A stretch of 64,000 nucleotides of DNA from the human T2T-CHM13v2.0 reference genome, Homo sapiens: the NCBI RefSeq assembly GCF_009914755.1, contig NC_060936.1. The stretch is one strand, 5' to 3'. This document shows positions 1 to 15,435 of this stretch, piece after piece. Position numbers and translations under genes: made by a program. Under the pieces are notes generated by a model that worked only from the letters and a program-made list of their open reading frames with translations, was not told the DNA's origin and ran no database searches. The first letter of the stretch is position 1; each line of letters opens with the position of its first letter.

Positions 1-435
1 TCTTCGCCTTGCAAAGAATTAATGCATCCCAGCATGTTCCTGAGATGGGAGACAAATTTCTGTGATCTCTCCTTTGACCCTTTTACTTCCCACTGGACAA
101 ATAGTGTGTCTGATCATAGTATTTCTACAATTCCAGCAATCCTTTGACAGAATGTCTTTCCTTCAGTCATATGGGCTAGTCTCTGGGTACAATGTAGAAA
201 GTGAAGTGTCAGTGAGCCTGGGATATGTTAGGCTTCTAGCTTCTAGAGAAGCTCTCTCCCTGTTAGTTGAACTACTGAATATGCAATGAAAGGTGATGTC
301 AAATTTCTCAAAATAGATGTACCGCTTTGTCTTATAGAAACTGAGTTGTTATGTGTGCCTGAACAGGAGTAGTCTGAAAGAAAAAGACCAAAGTAAATGT
401 AAGGGAAAAAAAATCACTGAAAAGTAGAGAATACA

Positions 436-525
436 GAGGAAGAAGAAGAAGAAAAAGAAGGAGGAGGAGGGAGGGAGGAGGGGGGAGGAGGAGGAGGAGG
501 AAGGCAAGGGGGAGGAGGAGGAAAG
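436..525 (+). repeat. Purine-rich simple repeat (GAA)n/(GGA)n
   Basis: gaagaagaag...gaggaggagg runs. Confidence 0.9.
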
Positions 526-529
526 AATA

Positions 530-2440
530 ATCAAACCAAACCTAATATTCTCAGAGAGATAATAGGAATCCATTTCTTTAAAGAAAGAACTAGATGTTAT
601 GATTAAGAAGCAAAGTGTAAGAAAAAACTTCTATTAAAGAAATATATACATGTACTCATGTGTGTATATTTGTGATTTTTAATCAAAATAATAGATTGAG
701 AATCACATTAATATATCCAAAATAGTAGAGCAAAAAACAAAGTGAAGGAAAAGTAGAAGAGAAAAAAATAGAAAATTAAAGAATCAATAGTGATTCAACA
801 TCTAATAAGCAGAGCAAAGAAAGGGAAAATGGAGAAAAAATTGAGAAGAAATTATTGAAATGATAACTTATAAATTTCCCCAAACCTGAAGGAGTAGAGC
901 CTCCTAATTGAAAAGATTAACATAATTTTCTACAGAGCGAAAAATAATAATAATCAAGGACAAAATGCATCATCATAACATCTCAGAACATGATAGATTT
1001 TAAAAATTCTAAAAATGCTTTAAAAATTAAAATAGGCAACCAAAAGAATTTACAAATCAGTTTTTAAGTAGATTTAATAACAACACAGCAAAGACATTAT
1101 AGCAGTGCTTTCAAAATTCTAGGGGAAAATAATTTTTAGTCTAGAAGTCCAAATGCATCTAAATGCACCAATCAAATGTAAAACAACAAATTTCTTTCTC
1201 ATTGTTTTTTCTTAGAAACCCACTAGGAGATATGCCTCTCAGGATGGAGAGATACTAACATAGAAAAAAGAAAAAAAGAATTCCCATAATATGGGAAACG
1301 GAGTCCCAAAATGGCATTTGTGCATTTGGTCTGGAAATTTACCAGTCCAGATAGGAGCAGGACTGAGTTCTCTGGGTTGCTGGCCACCATGGAAACAGCA
1401 AACTGATAATTACTTTATAAGCTGACATTTTGGAAACACTTTTAACATGCTTATATGGCTTCAGTGAAGCACAGGGAAAAATATAAATACATAGCAAATT
1501 AGGCAAATAGACATTATCCTAAGTGAATTAACACAGGAACAGAAAACCAAATACGGCATGTTCTCACTCATAAGGGAGCTAAACATTCGGTACACATGGA
1601 CATAAAAATGGCAACAATAGAATTCGGGTACTACTAGAGGCAGGAGGAGGGGGACAAGGGTTGAGAAACTATTGAGTACTATGCCCACTACCTGGATGAT
1701 GGGATTAATCGTACTCCAAACCTCATTATCACACAGCATACCCATATAACAAACCTGTAGAGGTACCCCCAAATCTAATATAAAAGTTGTAATTATTTTT
1801 TACAAAGAAAAGAAAAAAAAACACAAACTGAATAATATTGAGTCTAAGAGAAAAGATGTAAGACTGTTCTAATAACTAAAAGTGATAAAGAGTTATGAAT
1901 TGAACTGTGGTATCATGAAAGGAACTCATTTTCAAGTGGGGGCAAAGTTGAATATAATGCAAATAATGGGGAAAATTGGAGAAATAACAATAACAAAAAA
2001 ATTGGCAAATACAAAAATTATTAATTCTAAGAAATCAAAAGTTGCACTTCTTGACCCTGCAGTGAAAATATTTACTTAGTCCTTAAATATAAACAGTAAT
2101 GAATGGCATAACCTAAACTGTAATGTAACCTTATTAAAAAGAAGAAGGGAAAGGAAATAAATGTGCCAAGAAAGATGACGCAACAGAGTCTCTCCTCAAC
2201 TATACAACCAGAGATCTTTGATCTTTGATAAACACGTGAAATTAAGAGTGGTATGAGAATATTTAGAGGAACCAAACAGGTAAGTACCAAGGAAAATTAA
2301 AACGTGGGAAAGAGTTGTAAGCAGCTCTCTCTGAGCAGCAGGACCAAGGGTTGGTGCAGGAGATAGTTTTTCCCTATAAACCTCTGAGAACTGCTTGATG
2401 CAACTATGTTTCTACTTTACTATAGAAAAAATGTAAATTC
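530..2440 (+). mobile_element. Old L1-ORF1-like / HAL1-type remnant, interrupted at about 1510-1815
   Basis: A-rich ORF1-like text (aaatttccccaaacctgaag, ttcaaaattctaggggaaaat); boundaries approximate. Confidence 0.5.
1510..1815 (+). mobile_element. L1 3' end, L1PB/late-L1PA type
   Basis: attatcctaagtgaattaacacaggaacagaaaaccaaatac...catggacataaaaatggcaacaatag...A-rich tail. Confidence 0.85.
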
Positions 2441-3536
2441 TAAATTGTTATGAAGTTTAATAATTTTACTGTTTATAACAGACAAGTCCAATTGTTTTTA
2501 CTCACTTAAAAAATAGAAGTTTTTAAAGGCACTTATAATGAGTGGTATAATGTTGTTTTAGCTTTTGTTTTTTTACTTGTAACATTATTTTTGATGCTCC
2601 AGAAATTTAAAATAGTTAATAAACGTACCAAAATTGATAATAAGAGTATCAGGAAAAAGAAAGCATCAATCAAAAGATGAGTAACTGGGGCAGGGAGAGT
2701 AGGAGACTGGAGAATGAGTACAACTACATGATATTCCAATGTAGGCACTACCATAATGTATTTTTCTTACTATCACTGGTGTTATTAGTTTTAATATTTA
2801 TTGAGTACTTGCCATCCACCAGACATCATACTAATTATTTTATATACATTCTTTCCACAATATCTCTAAATACTATTAAAACTCTCACACTAATGACTTT
2901 CTACCACATTGCCTTCTTTTATTTCCTTCTTAGCAACTATAACTCTCTGAATTGATGCTGTCTTTTTGTTGGAGTTTTTTTAAATTTGTTTATTGTTTGT
3001 CTACAATGTAAGTTTCATGAGAGTAGAGACCTAGTCTGTGTTATTTATTACCTGGAGCACAGTGGGCACTCAGTAAATTTTGCACAAACAATGGATGAAG
3101 TTGACAAAATCAAGCTGGAAAGAGGTTCAATTTGTTACTCAAGATGAGTACTTAAAACAGAAATATGTTCAGATGCTGAAAGAAGTTTAAAATATATAAA
3201 AATAATTATTGTTAAATTATGTATAATATTTTCCAATGTGTGTGTATGTGTGAATGTGTATTTGTATACGAAATATAAAAGTTTGAAAGTATATAAGATA
3301 GTAATATTGAATATCACAGAATAAAGGGCCAGACAAATTTTTTCTCTTCTCTTTTATTCTAATTTACCTACAATTAACATAACTTGTATAATAAGCATAA
3401 TACAATTTTGTAAAATGTTTTTGAAAAAACCACATGCTACAGTGTTTCCTAGTCCACTTGAGGACCAAATGTAACACGATGGCCTCATTATCATAGCATG
3501 ATTAATTAAGCAGCTGAAATATAACCAATACTCAAC

Positions 3537-3904
3537 CAAGTCAAAGGATCGAGCTCTCTTTAAAGAATCTTCTTAAAATATACTCAGGATCCAGTGCTGA
3601 AGTTGCCTCTTTTACATAATCAAAATCACCTACTGAAGTTATGTATACATAGGTACAATTATGTATTGCTTTGGCTTAGGGGTCCCATCAATGATTGACA
3701 GATATTCCTCACTATCAGTTCTCGAAGAAACCAAAGGTATCCTGTGTTCCATTTTCTCATTCAAGTCAAAATCCATTTGCTCTAAGTTTTATTTTTTGCT
3801 TTCATTCTTAGTTTTGCCTTTTTTTAAATATGGTTTAGTTTCTTTTCCTTGCTGCTCTTTGTTCTTTCTGCATCCTTTTTCATGAAACTGCCATCTTTCG
3901 AGAC
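3537..3904 (-). pseudogene. Pseudo-exon with frameshifts
   Basis: catttag|VSKDGSFMKKDAERTKSSKEKK...MEHRIPLVSSRTDSEEYLSIIDGTPKPKQYIIVPMYT...VGDFDYVKEATSALDPEYILRRFFKESSIL*L. Confidence 0.5.
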
Positions 3905-4083
3905 CTAAATGAACTGGTTAGTGTGGTCATGAAAATTCCCTTATAACCTTTCTTTATAAATCAATCTGTTCCTCTCTAAAGCTAGTGTTGATGGCCCAGA
4001 TTCAGTTCACCATGCACTAATACAGAGATTGTTTACTTAATGGACTGAAACATAATAAAAATTTTTCTCCTCACCTCATTTGA

Positions 4084-4183
4084 CCTACAAGTAAGCTTTC
4101 ATTTTCAGCTTTCACTTTTTTTTATTGCCTTTTTTGTCTTGCTTGTAATAATATAAATCTGGTTAGGCTAGCTGGTGTGTCAA
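4084..4183 (+). repeat. Inverted duplication arm A
   Basis: Reverse complement of 6104-6203, 98/100 identical. Confidence 0.95.
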
Positions 4184-4537
4184 TTCCTGTTAATAAAATA
4201 AACCATTTCTTCTCATAACATATGTTTTCACATCATTAAACCAGTAGGGAGCATTTACCCAATGTTATGTATTATTGCTCAATTTATACAATTAAATGTT
4301 TGAATGATTATATATATGTATAATATACACATACAGAAAACACCAGGGTAGGCATGGGGAATACTATTATAAACTATGTTCAATTAAGAACTAACCATCA
4401 TGTAAAAATGTAAGAATATATTTTCACAATTCGCTGAAGCACATTTTTTATAGATAAACACAACAGCATATAAAATGTGTAATAATCCTGCAAAGGCTGA
4501 ATGAGATGGTAGAGAATGGAGCAGGCTCTTTTGTTAC

Positions 4538-4680
4538 CCATGTAGAACAGCTGTGTGATCAACTACCCAACTGCCTTTTGGGAATGAAGCCAACTCTGAG
4601 ACCAGGCACACCAGGTGATAATCTAACAGATGCAGCAGGAGCTCCACCTACTCGCTGCACTGAAACACAGACATTATCAC
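4538..4680 (-). pseudogene. Pseudo-exon, 143 bp
   Basis: ttttgtttgtttttag...tgg|gtaaca; DNVCVSVQRVGGAPAASVRLSPGVPGLRVGFIPKRQLGS*SHSCSTW; phase 0 end fits the 3904 exon. Confidence 0.5.
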
Positions 4681-5884
4681 CTAAAAACAAACAAAATAGC
4701 AGCCTGTGTGAGGAGAATAGTATTAAACAAGCAAAACAGAAATGGACATCAGGTCCCTTTTAGGAAGTCAGGATTTTGATGGCCTATCAAGTAAAGAGAA
4801 ATAGCAAATTAAATAATTTCTTCATTTTAAAAGAAAGAATCTGCCTCTTCTCTTTTATTATACTATTTGTAACTCAATCAAATAATATAGATTAGGTAGC
4901 CTATAAAAATGATTCCACATGCAGATGAAGTTGTTTTCCTATGTTAAATATTATTTGGAAGGAAATTAAGTGATTTCAGCAGAGGAGAATTAAGTGAATA
5001 CAGATGACTTGTATAATGGAAGAAATAAATCACATTAGATCCCCTAAGTAGAAAAAATAAGTGACTTTATTTTATTCTTAGGAGCCAGAATGCCAAAGTT
5101 ATATTTTTTCCTGTTCAGACATTGATTTTTCAGAATTGCCTACAGCATGTAATAACCTTTCTACTTTAGTATCCTTATGCAGAAAATTGGGATTATATGT
5201 TTTATTAGTTTGAGTTTATCGCTAGAGTGGTGAAGGGATGAATTATTTTATTTATCTGTATTGATACATTTTGTAAAAGTCATTTTGAAATTCTTCCAAG
5301 AATCAGCCATCCCATCTTTGATAATCAGTTGTTCTTTTTTAAATGGTTGTTGAAATTTATTATAATTTATTTTATTTTTTCCATTGGTAAACAAAACTTC
5401 TGAAGGAAAACCTTGAATGCAACTCAATTAAATCAATGTTAATTTTTGCAAGGAACATATTTATTTAAATGTTTATTTTTATTTTTATTACAGTATCACA
5501 CAAATTTTAGCAAGACAAATCAAACATTCTGGAAATTAGGTCTGATAGATTCAGCCTTTACAGGTTGGATGTATTGTTAGCATTTTTCTTGCAGAGAGTT
5601 AATCTTTTCCCCAGTATCTCACACAGCTAAAGCTAAAATGAACGTGCAACTTTCTGAGGCTTTCCCAACGGAACAATGTGTATCACATAGCAACAGCTGC
5701 CGAGGAGAAAACTACACAGCGAGCTTAAGTTTTTTCCCTCTTGTAAAGATGATTACATCCAATTGCAGGAAATGTATGCAACATCAATACTGTCTTAAAC
5801 ATGTTCTACTTGTATGTCTATGTTACTGCATTTAATAACTATTATCAGATGTTACATTTTGCATTTCCAAAGAATTTTTACATC

Positions 5885-6035
5885 TGTTAAATAGCCCTAT
5901 GAGAGCAGGTATGATTACTCCTGTTTCACATCTGGGAAAGCTGATATTCATAGGATGTGGGTGTCTCGATGAAGATCAGAAGGCTGGACTTACACAGAAT
6001 CAGAACTAGCGTTATTACTCAGTTCTCTTTTTACC
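5885..6035 (-). mobile_element. MIR fragment
   Basis: agccctatgagagcaggtatgattactcctgtttcacatctgggaaagctga, MIR-core-like. Confidence 0.55.
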
Positions 6036-6103
6036 ATACTTTGCTATGTAGTTCATATGTATACTGACCTACATGGTTTATTGATGGTTTATTTTCTTAA
6101 GAT

Positions 6104-6203
6104 TTGACACACCAGCTAGTCTAACCAGATTTATATTATTACAAGCAAGACAAAAAAGGCAATAAAAAGAAGTGAAAGCTGAAAATGAAAGCTTACTTGT
6201 AGG
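6104..6203 (-). repeat. Inverted duplication arm B
   Basis: Reverse complement of 4084-4183. Confidence 0.95.
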
Positions 6204-6272
6204 CCAGCATGTATATAGTTCATGTGTATGTTAACAAAAAATAAAACATAATAGGAGTACAACGTTACATAC

Positions 6273-6547
6273 TAACATGCTATTTTATAATCCACTGGGT
6301 CATATGTATTGTGGAGAGAAGCACTATGTCTATTGATTGTCCTAATTTCTATGTCACCATAGTGCAGTTTGGTTTTTGTCTTGTAAATGATGGTGGTTTG
6401 GAACTACTGCTAATTGCTAATGCTCCTGGATACATTTGGCAGTAGTCTCAGGCAAGCAACCCACAACAAGCAAATTAAATCGTTAACAGTAGTTTTTTCT
6501 AAGAGCTTACGGTATGAATGACAAAGGGATTGTGGATGCCAAACAAT
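6273..6547 (-). pseudogene. Two small pseudo-exon candidates (6511-6547, 6273-6425)
   Basis: IVWHPQSLCHSY|gtaagc (acceptor mutated); tatccag|ALAISSSSKPPSFTRQKPNCTM...|gtatgt; phases compatible. Confidence 0.4.
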
Positions 6548-6998
6548 TTAAATAAAAATATAAGAGATTATAGTTTATGTAAAGAAACATAAACATCTTA
6601 GAGCTTATACTACAATGGACAGCAATAAAGAGACTCAACCTCTTGCTAGAGTTGAAATATCATGAGCTTTGAGGAAAAAAAAAAAATCCCTGAATTTGAA
6701 AGACTTGCTATTTGATATGAAGGCAAACACTTCATAATCAGGCCAGGAGGGCATTCCAGGCATAGTGTGTGAGATAATCATAGGCAGATGTGGGATGAAT
6801 GGATCAAGGAATTTAGTTTACTCAAAAGCAGCACCCATCTCATTAGGAATAACATAAATAATGACCAGGAAAATGGGAGATATCAGAACTTTTTCATCTA
6901 CAGCTCTGGAGCAGTTCGCTACTTTGTATTTCACTTTCCCCCTTATTCGTTTTGTTTTATGCCATACTTATTCTCTACATAGTGCCAACTTTACTTAC

Positions 6999-7057
6999 AT
7001 ATTTGGCAATTTTTGCCTCATAAGCTATTGGTGATGAGCCAGAAACAAGGTAGACAG
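6999..7057 (-). pseudogene. Pseudo-exon, 59 bp
   Basis: ccatttcttcag...|gtaagt; open VYLVSGSSPIAYEAKIAKY. Confidence 0.55.
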
Positions 7058-8089
7058 CTGAAGAAATGGTACAAAAGAAGTACATAACCACACACACACA
7101 CACCAGACTCCTATTTGTTCAGTTCAGAGACACCTTTCAATGTCATCAAGTGCCAATGCCTTTATCTTATCACATTCACCACACCACATCCCACCCCTAT
7201 ACCTGTATCCACATTTGCCTGCTTAAACATCGTTCAAGTAAGCCTTCCCTAACCCTCACAGACTGGACAACAAACCCCTGCTAAATGCTTTGATCATGTC
7301 CATAATTGTCTTCCACAGCTGATAGTCATTATATAATTTTGCAATTGGAAATGGTAATTGTATACCAATGTAATTTAAAAAAAAAATCTGCCAATCGTTC
7401 AATAAAATTCCTGAGTTTTTTTTTAGACTGTAAGCTTTATGAGAAACAATGAAAGGTGTGTTTTGATTGACACTACTTCAGCATCTTGCAGAGTGGATGA
7501 ATACATACTTGTCGAATAATTGAGCTTGTTCCAAGGATAATTCTCAAGTTGAGAGAGAAGTGGAGGTATGGAAGAGAGATAAGAGCCAATAAGATACAGA
7601 AGAAAACCAGATTCACTTACTCGTTTGTATTTGTATAACTGTCAGTTCAATGGCTAGTATATGGTAAAAATAGTAAAAAAAAAAATAGTAAAGAGGTTTA
7701 CTATTAAACTTTACTATTAAACCCCTTTTTACTATTAAACCCCTTTATGATTTTTACCATATATCAGAGTCCCTTTTTAAATGAGCTTTATTTTACAGGG
7801 CTTAGAGCATAATTTTCTTATTTGCATGATTACAGAAATTTACAGTTGCATATATTATTGAGTTTACAGGTTATAAGTGTCTTTTTTGCCCTTGGTCAAG
7901 AAGGAGACCCACAATTATGACACTGCTTCTCTAAAAAAATTATCTGTGATCTACATAACTGTAATCTGTATGAAAACATGGTCCCCCATGGATTCTCTGG
8001 GAAGAATAGAAAGAACTTGTCTATGGGTAAGAATGCAGATTGTCAACCATAAATTAGTGCAAAGCCCTTCGGAGCCTAAACAAAGGTAT

Positions 8090-8429
8090 TGAGGCAGTAA
8101 AATAGGGTCTGGAGGCAGGGAACATAAGGCTGATTCACACTTCAGCTATGACAGGAAATATTCTCTCCATAGGGCATAGGCCAAGTAAATGACTGTAACT
8201 TCACTTCATCCTCTTCATTTACATAGGCTGTACCCCAAGAAGAGGGTATTTAAACCCCCAAAAATTCTGTAATGGGGCCCTTGAGCCCCTATGCTTGGGC
8301 TGGCTCCCACCCTGTGAAGTATACTTTCATTTTCAATAAATCCCTTCATTCCTTCCTTGCTTTGTTTGTGCTTTTTGTCCAACTCTTTGTTCAAGACGCC
8401 AAGAACCTGGACACCCTCCACCAGTGACA
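8090..8429 (+). mobile_element. Solo LTR, MER61A-like (ERV1)
   Basis: TG...CA ends, tgaggcag..aatagggtctggaggcagggaacataagg start, aataaa signal, 4-bp TSD gtat (8086-8089/8430-8433). Confidence 0.85.
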
Positions 8430-9050
8430 GTATGACTAGGGAAAGGATGAGTAGAGAACATGATTTTGGAAATTCAGAGAGAGACATGAAACTTGGGAAA
8501 CATAGCTTGAAAATGTGGGTTGAGAAAGCAGTACAAATGAGTTCTATCTTGCAAACTTTAGAATAATAAAGATACAAATAATAGCCCAAACCAAAGTATT
8601 ATTTTATATGCATGCTCAACTGGAATCTTCTTAACCTAAAATGTCATTGAAAATTTAATACATGTAGGGTTTTCCTCCCATCTTTAGCTTTTTGCCTAGA
8701 GAAATGGGCACCTTGTAAGTTGCTATCAAGTAGGAGATTCTTTAAATTGCAAACAATGCTGCTTGAAAAGCACTAGGAAGAAGAATGTGTCATTCAATGC
8801 ATCATTTATTTATTGAAAACATTTATTAGGCATCTATTATATGCCTAATGCATAGATGTAAATGTTTGACTCACGTAGACACAGTTATTGTCTTCATAGA
8901 TCTTATAGCAAAGAGTGGCAGATATGAAACAAATAATTACTCAATTAGTCATTTCATAACAATAGTGTTAAAGCTGGCTGAGTGGTGCATGCCTGTAATC
9001 CCAACACTTTGGGAGGCTGAGGCAGGATAATCACTTAAGAATCACTTTGA

Positions 9051-10861
<1,811 letters not shown>

Positions 10862-10930
10862 AAGAATCACTTTGAGACCAGCCTCGGCAACATAACAAGG
10901 CCCCATCTCTATTAAAAAAAAATAAAATAG

Positions 10931-11257
<327 letters not shown>

Positions 11258-11542
11258 TTAGTCCCAGCTACTCAGGAGGGTGAGGCACTTGAGATCAGGA
11301 GTTTGAAGTTACAGTGAGCTATGATAGTAACAGTGCACCCCAGTCTGGGCAACAGAGCAAAACTCTGTCTCTAAAACAATCTTTTGTGAAAATAGTGTTA
11401 ATCCTATGGAAGATAAGTAGAGAGCATTGTGAAAGTTTATTGGAAAGACACCTGACCTGGACTGGGAGGAGGTGATTTATCCAGGCATCTTGAGAGAGTT
11501 GTATTTCAGTTGAGACCTGAGGAATTAGTAAAAATTAATTAA

Positions 11543-12050
11543 TGTTATTTGGCCAGACAGCATCTAAATCTCTGTTATTTATTTGATAAATTTGCCACTT
11601 AATGAGTTGTGAAGGTGGCCGACTCCACCGCAGCCAACAGAAACTAAAAATGTCAGATACTCATTTTCCCAACATTTTTTATGGTTAAAGCATGGCTACA
11701 TTTATACAGGCTCTGCCATCAAGACATAAACATAAAAGACCGAATGGGGAGCAAGTGCCACAAAATGAATAGGGACTAGACGGAATGTTGTGTAGGTATC
11801 TGCTAATTCAGCAATAACAAATTCCTTGGGCAACAGGCTTAGCAGGGTAAACAGCACATATGGGGCTTGGTGTTGAGGACAACGTTGTCTACTCTTCAGA
11901 GAGTCTAGAATGATTGGAGATGTGGTTCCTCGTTGCATGGCCACAAGCTTTAACCTCTAAAGATCTCCCAATAATTCTATGAGCCTCCTAACATCTTTTA
12001 ATAATTTTTTTCTTCTTAATTTAGAGTTGGATTTTGTTATTTACAATTAG
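11543..12050 (+). mobile_element. LTR33-like ERVL solo LTR
   Basis: cagcatctaaatc...aaaatgtcagatactcattttcccaac resembles LTR33; diverged. Confidence 0.5.
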
Positions 12051-12440
12051 GCAAAGAAGTGGGAGAGAGTGAACAAGAGATTCCTGGTAGAGGCCAGAGT
12101 GAATGTGTGCTGCAGCCCAAGCATCCTGGGTAGGTGTGAGGGAGAGTGTGACAGATGAGGCCGGTGCAATGGGCAGGGACCAGGGAAGGCAGGGCCTTGC
12201 GGCCATGAAAAGGATTAACAATGAGAAGTCACTAAAGAATCTTAAGCATGCACAAAGCATGATAACATTACATTTTAAAAAGTGATTCAAAGATGGGAAA
12301 CTGTATGTTTGAAATTACTATGGCTAGACAAAGGAAATGACTGTGGAAGTGCAGATCAATAGCTGGATTTCAAACATGCTGTGAAATAAAATAGTCTTTG
12401 GCAAGAGGTCAGATGTGTAAGAGTAGAGCGTTTTACTTAC

Positions 12441-12741
12441 ACAACAACTTGCTACTTGTTCAACGAAAGTGGATGACAGATGGAGAAATTTCAATATAAA
12501 TGTATTTGTGGCTGATTTGATTTGCATATATTCTGCTCAGCCAAATGTAGTCAGGGGAAGCACATAGTTAGTATACAGGCTGATATTTCTACTGTTCTCT
12601 TAGCCCAAAATTAATAGATTAAATTTCTCTTTGTTTCATGCTGTCATTCTTTGGTACATTATAACATTGTGTCATCTCTTCAACATCAATTTAATCCTTT
12701 TTTTCTTGCAATGGGGAAAGAGCTGAAGGCATTAATTGGTT
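12441..12741 (-). pseudogene. Pseudo-exon, 301 bp
   Basis: tcttttgtacctttctag...|gtaagt; NQLMPSALSPLQEKKD*IDVEEMTQCYNVPK...; 72-bp upstream intron. Confidence 0.55.
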
Positions 12742-12813
12742 CTAGAAAGGTACAAAAGACATTCACAGGTTATATAAATAAAAGGGTTGAGAATCAGCTT
12801 GGTTGACACTTAC

Positions 12814-13470
12814 TGTGTCTCAGCAATGAAATCCAATTATCAGTAATAGAAGAAGAATAGGAATTACTTATTCCTACTATTAAGTAAAAATAAGTAAAAT
12901 GTTCTAACAGTTGAAAGTTCTTCCATTGTCTTCTATTTATAATGCTGAAGAACTCAACGTCTATAGGTTCATTTGATATTTACAACCATCAGTGGAGTCC
13001 AATGTCTCATCATACTTTCTCACTGAGACCTATTTTATCTAACTGTATGCCCTTATCTGTAGTCCTACAGCACCATAAGGACATCTCTAACACATGTGGG
13101 CATAGGGCATGATAGTGTTGGTTTATCTAAGTCTTCCTAGAGTGCAGAAACCATAGATCCTATAAGATGAGATGCAGCGTCTCTGGCACACTTGAGTTCA
13201 ATAGCCTTTATCGTTGACCTGAATGACTCATACTTACATACTCTGGCCCCACATTTTTAGTTTTCCATTTTCCATCCTTTTGTAAAATTGATACTCTGCC
13301 TTTGTATTCTGACTTCTGATCTACCATCTCTAAGTCTGACCTATGGGCTATGTATGTTCTTGCTTAATGTCATGTATCTGGCTCCTTACCTTTTCTAGCA
13401 CCAGTCTTGATCTGTTATATAATTCTCTGGTACTTGTTTGTGAAATTTACATTCCATTATGGTAAGAAGC
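12814..13470 (-). pseudogene. Large pseudo-exon (or two) with OTU-like remnants
   Basis: ttttttttcctaag...|gtaagt; KGRVSILQKDGKWKTKNVGPEY (13238-13303), AIELKC, CPYGAVGLQ (13057-13083); an internal gtaagt at 13232-13237 could split it. Confidence 0.5.
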
Positions 13471-13589
13471 CTTAGGAAAAAAAATTTAATTATGATCTTA
13501 ATTAGGTTATGTATGCCCATCCTGCACTGTTTACAATAGGCCAAAAATATGTATGATAAAAAACAACTTTCCATTTGGGGGCAAGGAGG

Positions 13590-13912
13590 TAGTTAGGAAC
13601 AGGTAGAACACATGGAATTTTTAGAGTAGTATAACTATTCTGTATGATACTGTAATAGGAGATACGTGTCATTACACATTTATTAAAACCTATAGAATGC
13701 ACTACCAAGAGTGAGCCATAATGTACATAATGGACTACAATTAATAATAATTTATCTATATTGGCTCATCAGTTGTAACCAATGTACCACAGTAATGCAA
13801 GATGTTAATAATAGGGGAAGCTGCTGGTTGCAGTGAATGGCATATGGGAACCTTGTATACTTTCCAAACAATTTTTCTGTAAACTGAAACTACTTTAAAA
13901 AATAAAGTTTAT
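13590..13912 (+). mobile_element. L1MC-type 3' UTR fragment
   Basis: actattctgtatgatactgtaat...aatgtaccacagtaatgcaagatgttaataatagggga...aataaagttt. Confidence 0.75.
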
Positions 13913-15006
13913 TCTCCTTGAAGTCTGGGTATTTTTTTAGTTAAAAAAATTTTAAAATAAAGTTTATTAATTTTTAAAAAACTAAAACTTTCTCTCCCAT
14001 TTTGTGTTCCAGCCACCTAGTTTGTTTGCCTATAAGCAGTGTGTTCACAGAATGCTTTATATTCTATCAATACATTAAAATTCATAATGACAATTAGCCA
14101 GCAACTATAAGTGCCACTTTTAAAACTGAAAGCATGGTTTACTACAAGAAAGCAAAAATGCTCCTTGCCACTGCTCTTCCTTTAGTTCTATCATAGCTCC
14201 AAGTTCCTTTCCACCCCAGAGGCTTTGCTTAAGTTTTGCTTCTACTTGAATAAATTTCTGCAGGCTAGACGAGAATCCATTATTCACTTTCACTTTTCAC
14301 AATGATTTTCTTGGTAGTACATATCATAATTACATATTAATTCACATAATTATTTTCTGTAATGTCTGTCCACCGTCTTGGACAAATCTGGCAAACTGGT
14401 CTTCTATGGAAACATTTGCTTAAATTCAACATTTTAAAAGTGATAAATTAGGCAGATGTAAATGTTGTTTTTAAATAACAATACAAACAGCTTGATATAC
14501 CTATTGCACAATAACAAATCTGCTTTCTCATATATATTACTGTCAGGTGGTTTCTGCTAGACATTAGATCTGTGACCCCCAGATTCTAATGTGAGTTTTA
14601 TGCAGACCAGGAATGACATCTGTAGAATTCTAGGTTGTGTCTTTCCTCAATTCTTTATATATTGACATCATTAGGCAGGGCAATTTCATGGTATAACCTC
14701 AGGGGGCTCCATTTACATAATAACCTAGAGCACAACTCACACTAACTTACAAAGCGGTCCTGAGAATAGGCCCTCAGTAAATATCTATTAAATGAAATAA
14801 AAACAACACAATCATTATACAAAAGGGCAGAAATTATTAAATTATTAAATTGGCCTTTTTCTAAATGGAATAATGTAAAGTTTATTTGATTTAGTGTGTG
14901 TTCGAGTCAACATTATTTCTATTCAATGTGGTATATCGGGTCATTGTTCCCAATTCTTCAGTATTACCCTGTAATGGTAATACCCTGCAATAGAACATCC
15001 ATACTA

Positions 15007-15435
15007 TGTGGTTTTTCAGTACCTTCCTTTGATGCGGTGCATATGTTTCCACTCTGCTAAAGTTTGGCTCAGCTAATTGATCTGCCAGGGCAGGTAGGAC
15101 AGAAGTGGAGAAACGTACATCGAATGCTATGAAAAACTGAAAAGGTGATTATGACATTTGGCTTAGGCTTCTGGAATTTTTACCCTCTGCCATGAGAAAA
15201 ATATGCCTATGTGTCTATTTTCTGTTCAGCCTGAATGCGGAAGTGCAGCATGTGAGGAAGACCTAAATCCAACCAAAGCTAGGAATCCAGCCTAGGGACA
15301 TCCAAGCACAGAGGAGCTCAGCCAAGACAAACCCAGCAGCAGTTGATCTGGAGACTCATGAGTGAGAAAAATTAATGTTTATTGTTAGAAGCCATTGAAA
15401 TTATTGGGTTGCTTATTACCAGCATTATCTCAGTT
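15007..15435 (+). mobile_element. MLT1 (MaLR) LTR remnant
   Basis: ctctgccatgagaa...catgagtgagaaaaattaatgtttattgttagaagccattgaaatt 3' end. Confidence 0.6.

Noticed and set aside
3580-3615. EATSALDPE as an ABC-transporter D-loop
   Set aside because: Lacks hhhhDE Walker B and LSGGQ context; probably chance
4506-4763. 85-aa plus-strand ORF
   Set aside because: Better explained as the antisense shadow of the minus-strand exon 4538-4680
5595-5811. Plus-strand open exon-like segment (ttcttgcag...gtatgt)
   Set aside because: Isolated, with no recognisable peptide and no plus-strand partners; not enough to support an inversion or a second gene
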